Assembly (NCBI GenBank): GCA_964035545.1
Contig: OZ037765.1
Location: forward strand, 29,449,504 to 29,513,503
Direction of reading: 5' to 3'
Length of the DNA stretch: 64,000 bases
Source of the DNA: Bugula neritina
Taxonomy: Eukaryota; Animalia; Bryozoa
This document shows, piece after piece, positions 42,729 to 61,229 of the stretch. Numbering within the stretch: position 1 is the first letter of the stretch; each line of letters starts with the position of its first letter. Position numbers and translations under genes: made by a program. The notes below the pieces were generated by a model that saw nothing but the letters and a program-made list of their open reading frames with translations, made no database searches and was not told the origin of the DNA.

Positions 42729-45700
42729 TCAAAATTTACATAAATAATTAAAACATAAACATATATTCACACATCTACTTGAGTTCACCACCAGCATTTG
42801 GATTTTCATCATAGTATTTTTATTACCTAGGCCTGAGTTTATTCTTTGTATCCCAGCTTTTGTAGTTCTATTCATCCTCTCACTTTTCCTGCGTTTTGCC
42901 CTTTTCTGTCTTCTTAATCTTTTCGTGTCTTCTTTTGAAAACTCACTGAAGCTTTTAACCTCTATCTTCCGTTTCTGTATATAACATGGTGAGACAACTT
43001 ACACATTAAGCAATACCAATTATAGTAGTAGGCAAAAGTGACTAATGCTGACACTAATGATCACGTTATTGATTAATTTTGGTAATGTCGCTCAAAAGCT
43101 AAGATTTTATTAGAAAGCTTTTAGAGGAAAGCACTTCTGTGGAAACTTACGTATTGCTAATTAAATATCGAAAGCATTTATTACTGACAACTTCCTATAG
43201 CCATGGCTTACTTTGACTTTCTGTGGAGGAAGTATCCCACTTTTAGATGTTGTTGCGGGCAACATATCTTCAGTAATTAGCGATGGTTAATTGGATAAAC
43301 AAACAGCCGACATAGTGGCTAAAAATCTGTTTTACATTGAAAAATGTACCTTAATTTCCTCTGGAGCCAGTCTAGCACTGTCAGCCACGGTGTCTGGTTG
43401 CACTTCCTCCACCACTAATGAAGGTAGGTGAGAGATCACTTTCATTTCTTTTAGTACCTGCAACACATTGCTTGTGTGATATTCAAGTAAAAAAGGTAAC
43501 AACAGAGTTTATATACTTTATAAACACACAAGAGTCAAATCAGTTTAAAATTGCTCGAAGACTGAATGTTTTTCAAAATGAAATACTTAATCTACAGAGT
43601 AATATAAACGCCAATACTACGAAATATTCTCTCCCCTTCACACTTACAGGTTTCGGCGTGTATTCGAACCTAGACAATGCATCAAGTTTGGCAAACAGTG
43701 ATGACATCATCTTTCGTGTCTCTTCTTCTGCAGGGTCTATTTTTTCTTCTGAGCCGTCTTCCTTCTGTAAAGTTAGATGCGATTGAAGAAGACAACTCCC
43801 GGCAGCTTATAAAAATCACATATATCAGCTGGGACCTTAAGACTTGATAATGGCCTCCGTTACTAGCATTGCTGCCCGACTCAATAGGCAAGACAAATTC
43901 AGCAAAAGTGGTTAGTTTTTTGTCAATCAAGGGCCATCCCAACTTGTGTAAAATTAAAATCGTCATTTCTATAAAACTATCTTAGCTATCCCAATAACTT
44001 AGTTCAAATACTCAAATAACATTTCAGTATAAATCTCAAATACGCTAAACTTAAAAACCACCAATTAGTATTCTTATGACTAGTATATTACTAAAGTTAG
44101 GAACTTTCAATCTAACTAATGAGACATCTAGCTGTAAAATTAGGTAAACCCTAATGATGATGATGGGGTTCCTTATGGCATTTTTCAGCTTCAGTGAGGA
44201 CTATATAACCATGTATTAATAACTACAAACTGGCACCAATAATTAATTTGAAAATAGTGCTACCAACAAATTGTAACTAAAAACTGTGTTGCTAATACTT
44301 GGTATCAACGATTATGCCCAATTAAATATTAATAAATGTTAGTGTTGAAGTGTGAAGTGAAGTTAGAATAATACAACCAAATACCCACATCTCTCAGTGC
44401 CAGATACTCTTGTTCATAGATGGCACTCAGGCTCATCTTACTTTTCTCATGGTTCAAATCCGGCCTTGTTTTAAATTTCTCTCCATCATTTTGAAGTCGG
44501 GTCTTACTCACCACATCATCGTATGACTAAAATTTCAAAAGAAAACACTTTTCTACACAAGAGCATAATCAGCAGTCAACTTCTTATTCTCAACAATAGT
44601 GTTTATAACCTGTGGCAAATACCAGTAGTTTGTTCTATTATGTAAATACAAGAGTTCTGTTACATAATTATTCAACATCTTTCATTCCTTTTTCATTAAT
44701 ACTTATCGTACCTCATCTTTAATTCTTTGGATTATTATAGCTTCAATACTTTGAGTTGTCTCCATAGTAATAGTGGGAACTGGAGCCACATTGGAGTCAA
44801 ACTCCAACGCTTCTTCAATGAGGCTATTCTCAGGGCGGGACTTTGCTGTAACCTCCCCTTTTAGCTGCCATGGTTGGTCAGACAGTGCTTTGTTCTCCAT
44901 GGCTCTAATCCGAGCAGCTAGCTACAGGAATTCATTAAATTCCATACAATAAAAATGCCTTATGAACAATAGAGTGCAAGAGTAAAACTTACAGCAGCCA
45001 TGATATGGATCCAACATTGGGGGAAAATTTAGCTTTTATTACTGAAATTATTTACAGCAAAAAATATTCCTAGATGAAACAAAAAATATAATAGAAACTG
45101 ACCCTTTCCTTACAAGTTTCATAGTCAGACTTTGATCTGTTTGGCTCAAAATAGTTACTGTAAGTGTACTGGTGTTCCTTCAACAAAACATGTTTTTATA
45201 TTATAAATGTTATGATAAAAATGTAGTGAATATAAATGTAGATAAGAAGTGCACTAATTTAAAGTTTATAATAATTCAATTCGGACAAAAAACTATTGAA
45301 ATACTTCATTTGTCACATTTAGGTCGAACAGCTCAATTGTTTTGAAAAGCAAGTGTTTGACTAATTTAACTATTTTCGTGCTATGTAATACATCAATTCA
45401 AAAAGTCCAACCCTTGCTTGCATATGTTTAATCATTTTTATTTTTGTTAAGGATTAACAGATTTCAATGTAGACTACTCAACATTGCAATGGTTACTTAA
45501 ACGAAAATAACGATCCAACATTTCTCAAATATATAAAATTATCAACAAATTTAACTGACCAATCTCAGTGCTGCCTGCATGTAGGCTATATAATACAAAT
45601 AATGTAGGCACCATACAAATATGCAATAAGCCACAAAACACTTTGATAAGTAAAATAGTAAGAGTTCTGTTACTACTAGTATACTGCAGATAGTGAGCTC

Positions 45701-45892
45701 ACAAAGGGGTTATGGTAATCCCTATAAAACTAAACTTTTATAATACTCTCACAATACCTCTGAGGTTGACTCTTCATCAGTTTCATACATTTCTGGCATT
45801 CGCTCAAAATTCTCAGGATCCTTGAAAAAGTCGCCATCTTGTTTGTTTAAGATAGACGTCATTTCTTGAATAGAGAAAAATTTATCTTCCAC
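42729..45892 (-). CDS. Truncated tandem paralog of Mpp10 (exons 3 to 11 equivalent; 342 open codons; no intact 5' exons found)
   Basis: Exons 45892-45758, 45177-45103, 44921-44712, 44526-44389, 43764-43648, 43457-43350, 42974-42729 are all phase 0, GT-AG and stop-free. Could be functional or a young pseudogene. Confidence 0.6.
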
Positions 45893-47960
45893 CTGTAATA
45901 ATGAGAGGCGATGGCTTTTAGCTAAAAGTATTATGCAAATGGGTAAACTTTTTAATAATTTTATTTCATTCAGTAAGCTGTGGCTGCATTAGAATAAACT
46001 AAATATGGGACATTACAGGCAGTAATGTAGAGCAAGCATTCTGATTAAACTGCTTTTACAAATTTTGAAGTTGAATAAAGCTTCACTGTCTGGTCTACTA
46101 GCCATTATGTTTCTTTTACACTGCAACTTACAAATTAAGGCGCAGGTGATTTGGTAAAACTAAAAGTAAAAGCAACATAGCTAAGTCTAATATAGTAATA
46201 ATTATAATATCAATAACTATGCTTTCATCAAGCATTTAGAAGTTAAAAGCTGTTTTGAAGCACCATAGAAAGTTCTGAACAAACCTTTCTCTTCCGTTCT
46301 TGTTTTGAGTGAAAAAATGAATTTGGGCTTCACTTCACTAAAGTACACTAGTTCTTCACCTGTTGGCTCTCAACACTCAACTGTGGAACTCTGTATGTTG
46401 AACAAGTGACTAAGCTTGTTTCCCATGTGTTGGCCAACAACATTGCCCTTATTTTGTTTTGTATTAGACAATAGTTATGTAACATGTTTTCTTGTAATTA
46501 TAAGTAATTATAAGTTATTATGTAATAGTTATTATGAACAATGAAAAGTGTCCCTGAATAATTCATTGTGTACCGAAATGAACTCCCCGATACTGTATCA
46601 AGTGCTTGGTGCACTTTACTAGCAGTGCAGTGATCAAAAATAAAGCAAACTTTCAAAAAAACTAAAAGTTGGCAACCAATAAAGCTATGGAGCACAAACT
46701 GCTTTAAATTGTAATAGTTTTGGGCTTTTTGATGAACCTGGCATTGAGCGGGTTGTCTACCTTCCGGGTTGCATGAGCTTAGTAGTGAGGTACTGGGTCT
46801 ATGCTACTTGAATCGATTACTAAATATATTATAGCAGTATAAAAACTGCGGGGGTTTACCCATTTCATTACAGTAGGCAAATCTAACAATTAAGTAATTA
46901 GGATATATAAATCAGACAACGATCTGACAGTATACTGCATTGGTAGAGAACAGTAAAACATTATAGTCTATCTATAGCTATACCACTGTGGAGGCAGGGT
47001 ACACAACTACTAATAATATCTTATTATTGTGGTTATTCTCCAGCTAGGTACCCCAACAAGACAAAGCAGAGATAGGTGAGAATTATTGTTGTTATTCTGC
47101 TTATGTTTTGCTGTAATGTAAATTATATAATATATGAAATATCATAACTTATCAGCTTATATGGATTCTTTCTTGTTTGGTGTTTTTGTTCCCGTATTGA
47201 CATATATTTTTCTTTTAAAAAATATTTATTATTCAGTTATATGAACTTTTTCTTTCACTTATGACTAAATACAACAAAAACTGAACATTAGATAGACTAA
47301 CTTCTAACCAACCAACGGCTAGCTATGTTATTGCACCTTGTTAATCAGCCAAGACAATCTTCACCACCTGCTGGAAGTTATGGCTAACAAGTTCGAGCTG
47401 AAATAATCTATATGCATAAATTTCATTTACATTCAGGAGAGAATTAACATGCAGTGTGAATTTCAACACAGCCTATTATATGGCTATTTTTTCAAAGGTT
47501 TCACTAGTCTTTTAATGCAAGGACAGAAAACTCCTATAATGCTTATCTGGTTGAAATGACTTACTAAATTAACTTAATGTCAAGAGTAAATGTTTCTGAA
47601 TCCCAATCAAATTTTTACTAGTTGCTTCCTACACATTATGTAATAGACAAGCTATTAGTAATTATAAGTTAAACTAAAGACCCTATGGTATGATCTCTAA
47701 GTCAATTTCATATCAATTTAAAAATGCATATATAGTACAGACACATCATTCATAAATTAGAATCACTTCTAAGGAAGTTAAGAAACTTGTGTTGTAATAT
47801 TTACTGAATCAGGGTTTATTATTTTTTATAAGAAAATAAATAATTTATATAAATGTATTAATAGGTGTTATGTTGAAATTTTTTTATACTGACAGCTACA
47901 TATAGGATGAAGAAACAACAGCTTCATTTACAAACGTCATTAGGAAAAATACAAATAAAA

Positions 47961-50900
47961 TTACAACTTTAATTTTTCAACGGGCTTAGCGCTTCCCAGC
48001 TTTTTACTTTCTAATTTTTTCTTAGGCCTAGATTTGTCCAGCTTCACCTCATTCTGTAGAGCCTTGAAAAATTCTTTGGATGAGGAGTAAGTTTTATCTG
48101 GTAGCACGGATTCCTGTAAACAAGATAATGTGTCAGAAGCTAAAGAGTAATGCAGAGTTAGCTAATATACTTCACAACAACCTCCTTGAGGTTTGCAAAC
48201 TCTATGTGTCACAAAATAGAAAAAGCATTTCTCACACTGAGATATAGAAGCTAGTAAGAAGAGTCACCTTGGAGGGTCTGATGACCTTGCCCTCATTCAC
48301 CACTGCCTGTTTGATGGCCTCTATACTCCTCTGCTCAGCTCTTTTATTCCCCAGGCCGGGGTTTAGCTTCTGCACCCGAGCCTCAGCAGTTTTTTTTACC
48401 ATCTCAATTTTCCTGTTCTTTGCTTTCTTCTGTCTTCTCACTCTCTTTTTGTCTGTTGAATCCATCTCACTTCTATCTTTCACTTCCACCCTTGGTCTCT
48501 GTATAATACACAATATATAACACATGATAAAACAACTCCTACACCCTGCGACGAGTCTGGTACTTTTTGAAACAATTATTATGTGGAAAAACATGTGTCA
48601 AAATAATTTGAATTGTAACAGCTCAAGCAGACTAAGCTACAAATAAGCACATTTTTGTCCCTCATAAGTAAGGCTGGAATAAGAGAGGCACGCAGCTCTA
48701 GGTTCAGAACCTTTTATTAGTGTTTCTCAAGAAATGCAACATTGCAGACACCCAGATCAAATGTTATATATATATATGCGTGTAAACAGCCAGCATAGTG
48801 GCTGAAAAACTATTTCATATTGAAGTGTACCTTGATTTCCTCTGGAGCCAGTCTAGCACTGTCAGCCACGGTATCCGGTTGCACTTCCTCCACCACTACT
48901 GAAGGTAGGTGAGAGATGATTTTCACTTCTTTTGGAGCCTGCAATACATTGCTTGTGTGACATTCAAGTAAAAAAGTAACAATTTCTTAAATCTTTATAT
49001 TGTTTACAAACCCACAAGAGTCAAGTTATTTTAAAGTTCCCTGAAGAGTGAATATTTTTCAAAATGACTTAGACTCAATCTACAGAGTGACATAGACACC
49101 GGCACTGCAAGGTGTCCCCCCTCTTTTCACACTTACAGGTTTGGGCGTATATTGGAAGCTAGACAAAGCATCGAGTTTGGCAAACAGCGATGACATCATC
49201 TTTTGAATTTCTTCTTCTGCAGGATCTGTCTTTTCTTCTGCGTCACCTTCCTTCTGTAAAGTTAAAATTAGAGGTTATTGAAGACAGACACATTATCTTA
49301 CAAGTAGAAATATTTCAATATCAACTGTGACCTTAGCAGTTCATAAAAGCCTCTGCTAGTAGCATCAATAGGTAAGACAAATTCAGCATGAGTGGTTGGT
49401 TTTTTGTTCATCATGGGCCGGCCCCAACTTGCGAAAAAATAATTTTTATTTCTCTAAAATTATCTTAGCTATCCATTTGAGTATAAAGCTCAAATACTTT
49501 CTTGCGATTTAGATTGTGTGTGAACTATCAAGAGGGTTCACCATTTTTAAATCTTCAACATTCTTTACAATGCTCATCTGAAGGGAGATATTACTACATT
49601 TGCTAAACTTAAAAATCACCCAACTAGTATTCTTATGACTAGTATATTACTAAAGTTAAGAACTTTCAATTTAATTAATAATGAGCTATCTAGCTGTTAT
49701 TTGATCATTTTCAATAAACATTTGACTTGCTAATTATCCTACGAAAAAAGCTATAAATGCAGGCATGGAGTTGTCTTCTCACTCACCAATAAAGCACCGG
49801 GAAACAATCACAAAGATAGTATTTAGCTAAGCTTGAATTATATGGCAAACTTCAAAACTAATACAAATCTATTTTAGCAATTTTCCCCAGCAACTATAAA
49901 TTGTATTCTAGAACTTTTTGTCACCAGCCAACCGGCAAATATTTAGATTAAAAACCCACATCTCTCAGTTTGATATACTCCTGCTCGTAGATGGCACTGA
50001 GGCTCATTTTACTCTTCTCGTGATCAAGCTCAATTCTTTTCTTGAACTTTTCACTATCATCTTTGAGACGGACCTTCCTCTCCACATCATCAAATGACTG
50101 CAACAGGAAACAGCTTAATGTAGACACAGATGCCGGCAGAGTATGAACCGACCTGAAGTTGCCACACAACCTTCTTACAATCACCACATGTTGACATGAT
50201 AATTTAAGTAAAAGTCTACCGCCTCATGGTTAACAACAGCAGTTATTCTAAAAGTCGAATAATGTCAATTGCATCAATAAAAATAAAAATATCTCATACC
50301 ATTATATAAAGATAACGTAAATATATTCAATTTGTTTAAAAGTTGATAAAAATAAAATAACAACTAATATTAAAAAATATCAAGATTTTGGTGCAGAGCT
50401 ACAAATTAAAAAGTCTAAACTTCAAATAATGAGAAAATCTACTCCATAAATGATAGCAATTGCCACTAAAAAAACAGCACATAACGCACTTCGTTTAAAG
50501 CTTACCACATTGAGAAGCAGCATTAAAGTGATAGAGTAATACTTATTGTACCTTATCTTTAATTCTTTGGATTATTATAGCCTCAAGACTTTGAGTTGTC
50601 TCCATAGTAATAGTGGGAACTGGGGCTACATTGGAGTCAAACTCCACAGCTTCTTGAATCAGGCTATTCTCAGGGCGGGACTTTGCTGTAACCTCCCCTT
50701 TCAGCTGCCAAGGTTGGTCAGACAGCGCTTTGTCCTCCATGGCTTTTATCCGAGCAGCTAGCTACAAGAATTCAGTAAATTCCATACAATGAAAACCCAC
50801 TGAAGTCTAAGAGTAGAATTTACAGCAGTAAAAACATGGGTTCAATATTAGGAAAGAAAAGCTTTCTTTAGTTAAAAAAATATTCTTAGAGGAAACATTA

Positions 50901-53900
50901 CAATGAAACAGCTAGCATATATTACAGAACTCTAGAGTCTACATGAACTGGACCCAAACCAATAACTAAAGTGAATAAACCAGATTTTTCTCAAAAGTTT
51001 GCTTTCATTATACTTCTGCTGCTTGCAAAAATAGATCGTAAAAATCTGACATCGGTAGGAAAGGAACCAACCTTTTCCTTACGAGTCTCATACTGGGATT
51101 TCGATGGCTCATGCTTCTGTTTGCCAATAACATCTTCCAGATGTTCAGCGTCAGACATGTCCACATCATCTTCTGTAAGCACATGCACCACTTGATTAGA
51201 ATACATAGCACCAACAACTCATTGAATAAGCTCTCACATTTCATTCACACAATAACAACCTGGTTTATAGGAAATACAATGTATATACTATGATAGTATA
51301 TTATAGCAGGAATTTTTGAAATTTATTCATTGTAAGTTGGTATTCAAAAGCTTCCTCGCACCACCTTTCCCCCCCCCCCCCCCCGAGTTAAAAAATGTAT
51401 CATCAATATCAAAGTTTACTCTGTAAATACCTCTCTGGATAACAGCTTCAGTACAATAAAACGTAAATATGTATGGATAACAGTATTAAAGTGCAAAGCA
51501 ATTCTCTTAGAGATGCTAACCATCTGCATCTGCTTCTTCAGCCTCGTTTTCACTCCCTTCCTCCTCGCTACTTTCACCTTCCACAGTTTCCTCATCCAGA
51601 GCCTTGATAAGTTGGAGCTCCTCGTCAGACATGTTTTCTGACTCATCTTCAGCCTCATCTGAACTCATGTCACCCAGAGGGTTCCGCGGTGGCCTGGTGG
51701 CAACAACAGGCACTGAACACAAGTCGTGTGGCACCAGCTATACACAACATGTCACCCAAACTTGCTCAGCTCAAGGAATAAGTGAGAAAATGTCAAAATA
51801 TATTCAGAACCACTTTTCAAGTTTATTAAACCTAAATGTTGTGTAACCAGTTCTCCAGTCTCCACACCATAGTAGTCTTGAAAAGCAAACTTTATCAATA
51901 ATTTTATTGGGATTTTACATAAATAAAGGCATACCATGTTGGCACTTAGCTTGCCATTCTGAACATACTTTGTCAAACTACTTGTTGACAAATAATGTAG
52001 TTACATAATTATTTGAAGTGTGAGAGACAAAACCATGTGATTAAGAGATAGGTTATTGTTTGAAGGAGAGGACCCTACAGAGCTGCATACCAAGCCTTTG
52101 TTACATCATAACTTAATAATGTACTTACCTTTCTGAAGCACCTGTTGAGGACACTTTGGACTTGTTACCAACTGCATCAAAGAAATCACTATACTTGTAT
52201 TGGTGTTCCTTCAAAAAAGTACATTCCTTGAGAATTAGAGCACAAATGTGCCAACTATGAGGTAATCTAGATAAATTACACATACAAAACTTGTGAATAA
52301 AAATTGAAGCAAATTGTCCCATCATCCAGAGCAGCTAATAGTAGACAACAAAATTCATGACAGAGCATCATTAAAAACAGATATAGAAAAATTAATTTAA
52401 AAATAACAATTACATTGCAATTTAATAAATTTTGACTCAAGGAAGCAGATTTTGATTCTTTAATTCAAACAAAAAAAATTTAAGTCAGGCTGACAAAATA
52501 TAATCAAAATACCTCGGAATCTGATCCTTCATCAGTTTCATACATCTCTGGCATGCGTTCAAAATTCTCAGGATCCTTGAGTAGATCAGCATCCTGTTTA
52601 TCTAACACGGACTCCATCTTTTTCATAGAGAAAAACTTATCATTCGCCTATAAATATTGGAATGAAATACTGGTCATACGCAACACAATTTAAATTGTCT
52701 ATATAACATAGAATATAAGCTGTGTACTATATATGTTAGAATAAACTATACAAAGGACACTTCAAACATTTAGGACAATCAAAGTTCCCTGGCAGATTTT
52801 ATAATGAAGTCTTTTGTAAAACGAAATACTTCCATTTTAGTCCAACATTGAAAACTTCAGCATTCATTTTTTAGTTACAAAATAATTCGACTGCCAAGTT
52901 TGAATGGCAAAATACACATCACCGACAAGTTCCACCAAAAAGGAAACAGAAACCTGAAGTGGCAGGGAGGTGTGAGAGCAGCACATGTGAAGGAAGTTAT
53001 TACCTTACTCAAGTATCGGCAAACTATTGAGCACATTTTTCAATAGATATTTTGAATCAACTCACAAAATTCCAACACACATTTTAGTTTGAAATTATTT
53101 AAACATAAGCTAAGATATCATTGTAACAAAATGTAAAAGGCCTTGCCGTGTAAAGTTAAAGGAATTCCCACACCAACCTTCAATAGGCTAAATTTACTGA
53201 TGCAAACAGAAGACACTTTCATATGAATTTCTGCTGGCAAAAAGTGCAAGCAAGATCTTCAATGATAACTAAATGAAAACTGTGAAGACTTGAGATTTTG
53301 AATTTTTGAAAAATTTGGGTTTTTGCATGGTCATAAATTCCAATAGTTTATATTTTACCATTTAATGGTTTCCACAATACTAGTAACAAGGGCAACTAAT
53401 TTAATACAAACTTCAAGATTAATTTATTTGAGATTCCTGAAAGACATTACAAGCTCTATCATAACATTGGTTCAGAAAGAATAGCTATTAGTTTTATCAT
53501 CATCAAACTTGTATGCAACCTGATAAGCAACACTCTCATTCTCTTCTTCCTCAGGACTTTCTACGGCATCAGAATATTCTGAGGAGCTATTTACGTCATC
53601 TTCCTCTTTTTCAGAAGTGCCCGAGTCTAAGCCTGTTATAAAAGAGTCATTTTCTGTTAAATCTTCCATCATATCTGTTTGTCCGCCAGGATGAGAAGAG
53701 AGTGATAATTTATTTGTCAAAAACTGACTGACATCTGTGACATTGCTGCTGATATTGTCATGTGTGTAAACAAGCTGTTGCCATATCTGTTCTGAGTCAA
53801 ATCCCGAAATAAGCAGCTCAGTCAATGGTCGAGCGACTAATTCTGATACTTTACTCTCCGCAGAGATAAATGCGCCATCAAATATTGACTTTAATCGGTT

Positions 53901-54424
53901 TTTCTTTTCATCAACTTTGATGTCAGTTGCACATCTACAATAAAAATATACAATTTAAAAAAACATAGTTTGGAAAGTACAAAAATCAAAAGATGTATAT
54001 ACTAATACTATAGTCATAGATATATACTGGTTGTTAACCCAAAATTTTTACATGCTTTATATGTTTATTAGAAAATGCCATAAACAATCCTTTATTAAAG
54101 ACTATGACAAAATGAAGATGAAAAAATCACAACAAAAATAGAATCAGAATGTTAACTCTACAATGTATTATCATTGTAGAGTTAAACTTAATGTTTTAAT
54201 TCTACTTCAAGTTTAACTTTTATGAGTTTCAGTTTGTCATCAATGACCTGGTAATCATAATCATAATGGGTCAGATCTGATACTCACCCTAAAAATGGTC
54301 CCGGAGTCAAAATAACCTTTTTCACTGCAGCTATAGATTCACTCAAAACTTTAAAACGCTGAGTATGGTCTTCATTTTCATTTTGAGACAATTCAGTTTG
54401 AGTTTCACCACGTCCACTGTTCAT
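47961..54424 (-). CDS. MPHOSPH10: U3 snoRNP protein Mpp10, 12 coding exons
   Basis: ATG at 54424; exon 1 54424-54288, exon 2 from 53934 (PLTELLISGFDSEQIWQQL), DKFFS..ME, YSDFFD, acidic tract, PWQLKGEVTAKSRPENSL, IIIQRIKDKSFDDVERK, KSKMSLSAIYEQEY, LFAKLDALSSFQYTPKP, LAPEEIK, SSKEFFKALQ; C-terminus KLKL followed by stop at 47961. Confidence 0.95.
54152..54185. repeat. Perfect 14-bp-stem hairpin in MPHOSPH10 intron 1
   Basis: TTAACTCTACAATG-TATTAT-CATTGTAGAGTTAA. Confidence 0.85.
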
Positions 54425-55039
54425 TTTGATTCTGTCAGTTTACTAGTATTGCAAATATAGCTTAAAATATTACTCAAAATTATCATGAGCTGTTCTAATA
54501 AACATCAAGGTGTAAACAGTACTCTTAGCGATAGTGATACAATACTACAACTACTTTTAGTTTTATGTTTAATAACTAGACTCCCACGTTTGATGTCGCA
54601 CGCGTTTGAAGCGAAGGCCATATGAAGGTCATGCTACGACACTGCTAGATATCAAAACTCACACACAAACACACCTGTTTATTGTATACGTTTTATTATA
54701 AAGTAAAATTAATTACATATTTTTAATAAAAATTAAAAATTATTAAAATAAATTTGAGACATGAAAATATCACAACGATGGAGTAAAAAAAGTGGTAGGC
54801 AACGATTCAACAAAGTGACATTTCTGCTGTTGCCTGGCAACTGCTCCAAGAACGGTAATCAACCCTCGGCTGCAAGTTTAGTATTCATTATCTAGCAGTT
54901 TCACTTGTGTTTTCTTAACCGTCGACGTGTTTTAAATTATGATATTTTTTTACAAACTCATCACTTGCAACTAACGGTATTTTTTTCCTATTTTAAACAT
55001 TTTACGTTTCATGGTAATTGTAAACAAGTACCCTTTAAA
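54425..55039. promoter_or_regulatory. Probable bidirectional promoter between MPHOSPH10 and ARMH1
   Basis: Divergent start codons are 615 nt apart; the interval has locally CpG-rich patches. Confidence 0.65.
54829..54841. promoter_or_regulatory. RFX X-box motif GTTGCCTGGCAAC
   Basis: GTTGCC-N-GGCAAC palindrome about 200 nt upstream of the ARMH1 ATG; an extra half-site GGCAAC lies near 54798. Confidence 0.65.
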
Positions 55040-60276
<5,237 letters not shown>

Positions 60277-60901
60277 TAAGCCAGAGAAGATAACTTCAAA
60301 GAGAGATAACCTTTAAAACTACTGAAATTGTGGTTACAGAGATCCTGTGCTTATATAGTGTAGCTTTTTAACAGCTTATGTAATTTTTGAATCAGAGAGC
60401 ATATATTTGGTATGAGTAAGCATCAATTGTATCTGGTATTATATGACAGCAATTGACTACCTTGCATGTATTATATTATATTAACCTAGTTTTATTTTGC
60501 TTTTGCAATGTATATAATAACATTATGTTGCTTTTCCTACAAGCTAGTAATTTCTACTTTACTGTATGAATAAAGTTAAAAATGTAATAATATATTTGAG
60601 ACTTTTCATTTTTTGGTATTCTCTCCAAATGTCTTGTACTCCTATAAATACAATAACAAACTTCTAAACATCGAGATGCTTTAAATGCTATAACTAAAGT
60701 ACATCTCATATCAAAAAGTGTGATAGTATCAAACACATCATGATAGCCTAAGTGCAGGCTGGTATGTCCTTGTGACATATTATAAACTATATAATTGTTC
60801 CCTAAATATCAGAATAATTAAACTATGTTATAGTGCTGGAGTTATTGTATCATGAAGTTGAATACATGGTGATGCCTGTGAAGCTAACGTGGTGCGTGCC
60901 C

Positions 60902-61229
60902 TTAACCCGCTGTATAAAGTATACAGCTAGCAGTATCGCTGCGCGTTCCCGATATTGCCAATCACCTTCTATCACACTGATAAAAATGAGATTTGCCTAT
61001 ACTGCCCGGAGTGAAAGTTAGAGTAGTGATCAGAGCTACTGCTCTTATGTAATGCAAAGAAATTATATTATGTAATATATTAGCATTAATTTACTAAAAT
61101 AATTAATGTTTTAATTCTTTCGCACGCCTTCATTACAAGAGCCTGATCTATCTGTACGATGTCGTAACATTCGCACAACCTTTGAGTCACGCCTGCTCGT
61201 TACAAACACGTGACTCGGCCAGCGGTTAA
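60902..61229. mobile_element. Possible TTAA-flanked MITE of about 320 bp
   Basis: TTAA-CCCGCTG ... CAGCGG-TTAA bounds a CpG-rich segment with an internal GAGTCACG/CGTGACTC inverted pair. The TIR is very short. Confidence 0.3.

Noticed and set aside
42729-50760. Mpp10 duplication as an assembly or haplotype artefact
   Set aside because: The copies differ by many substitutions, an exon fusion and different intron content, which is too much for uncollapsed alleles. Raw long reads would confirm.
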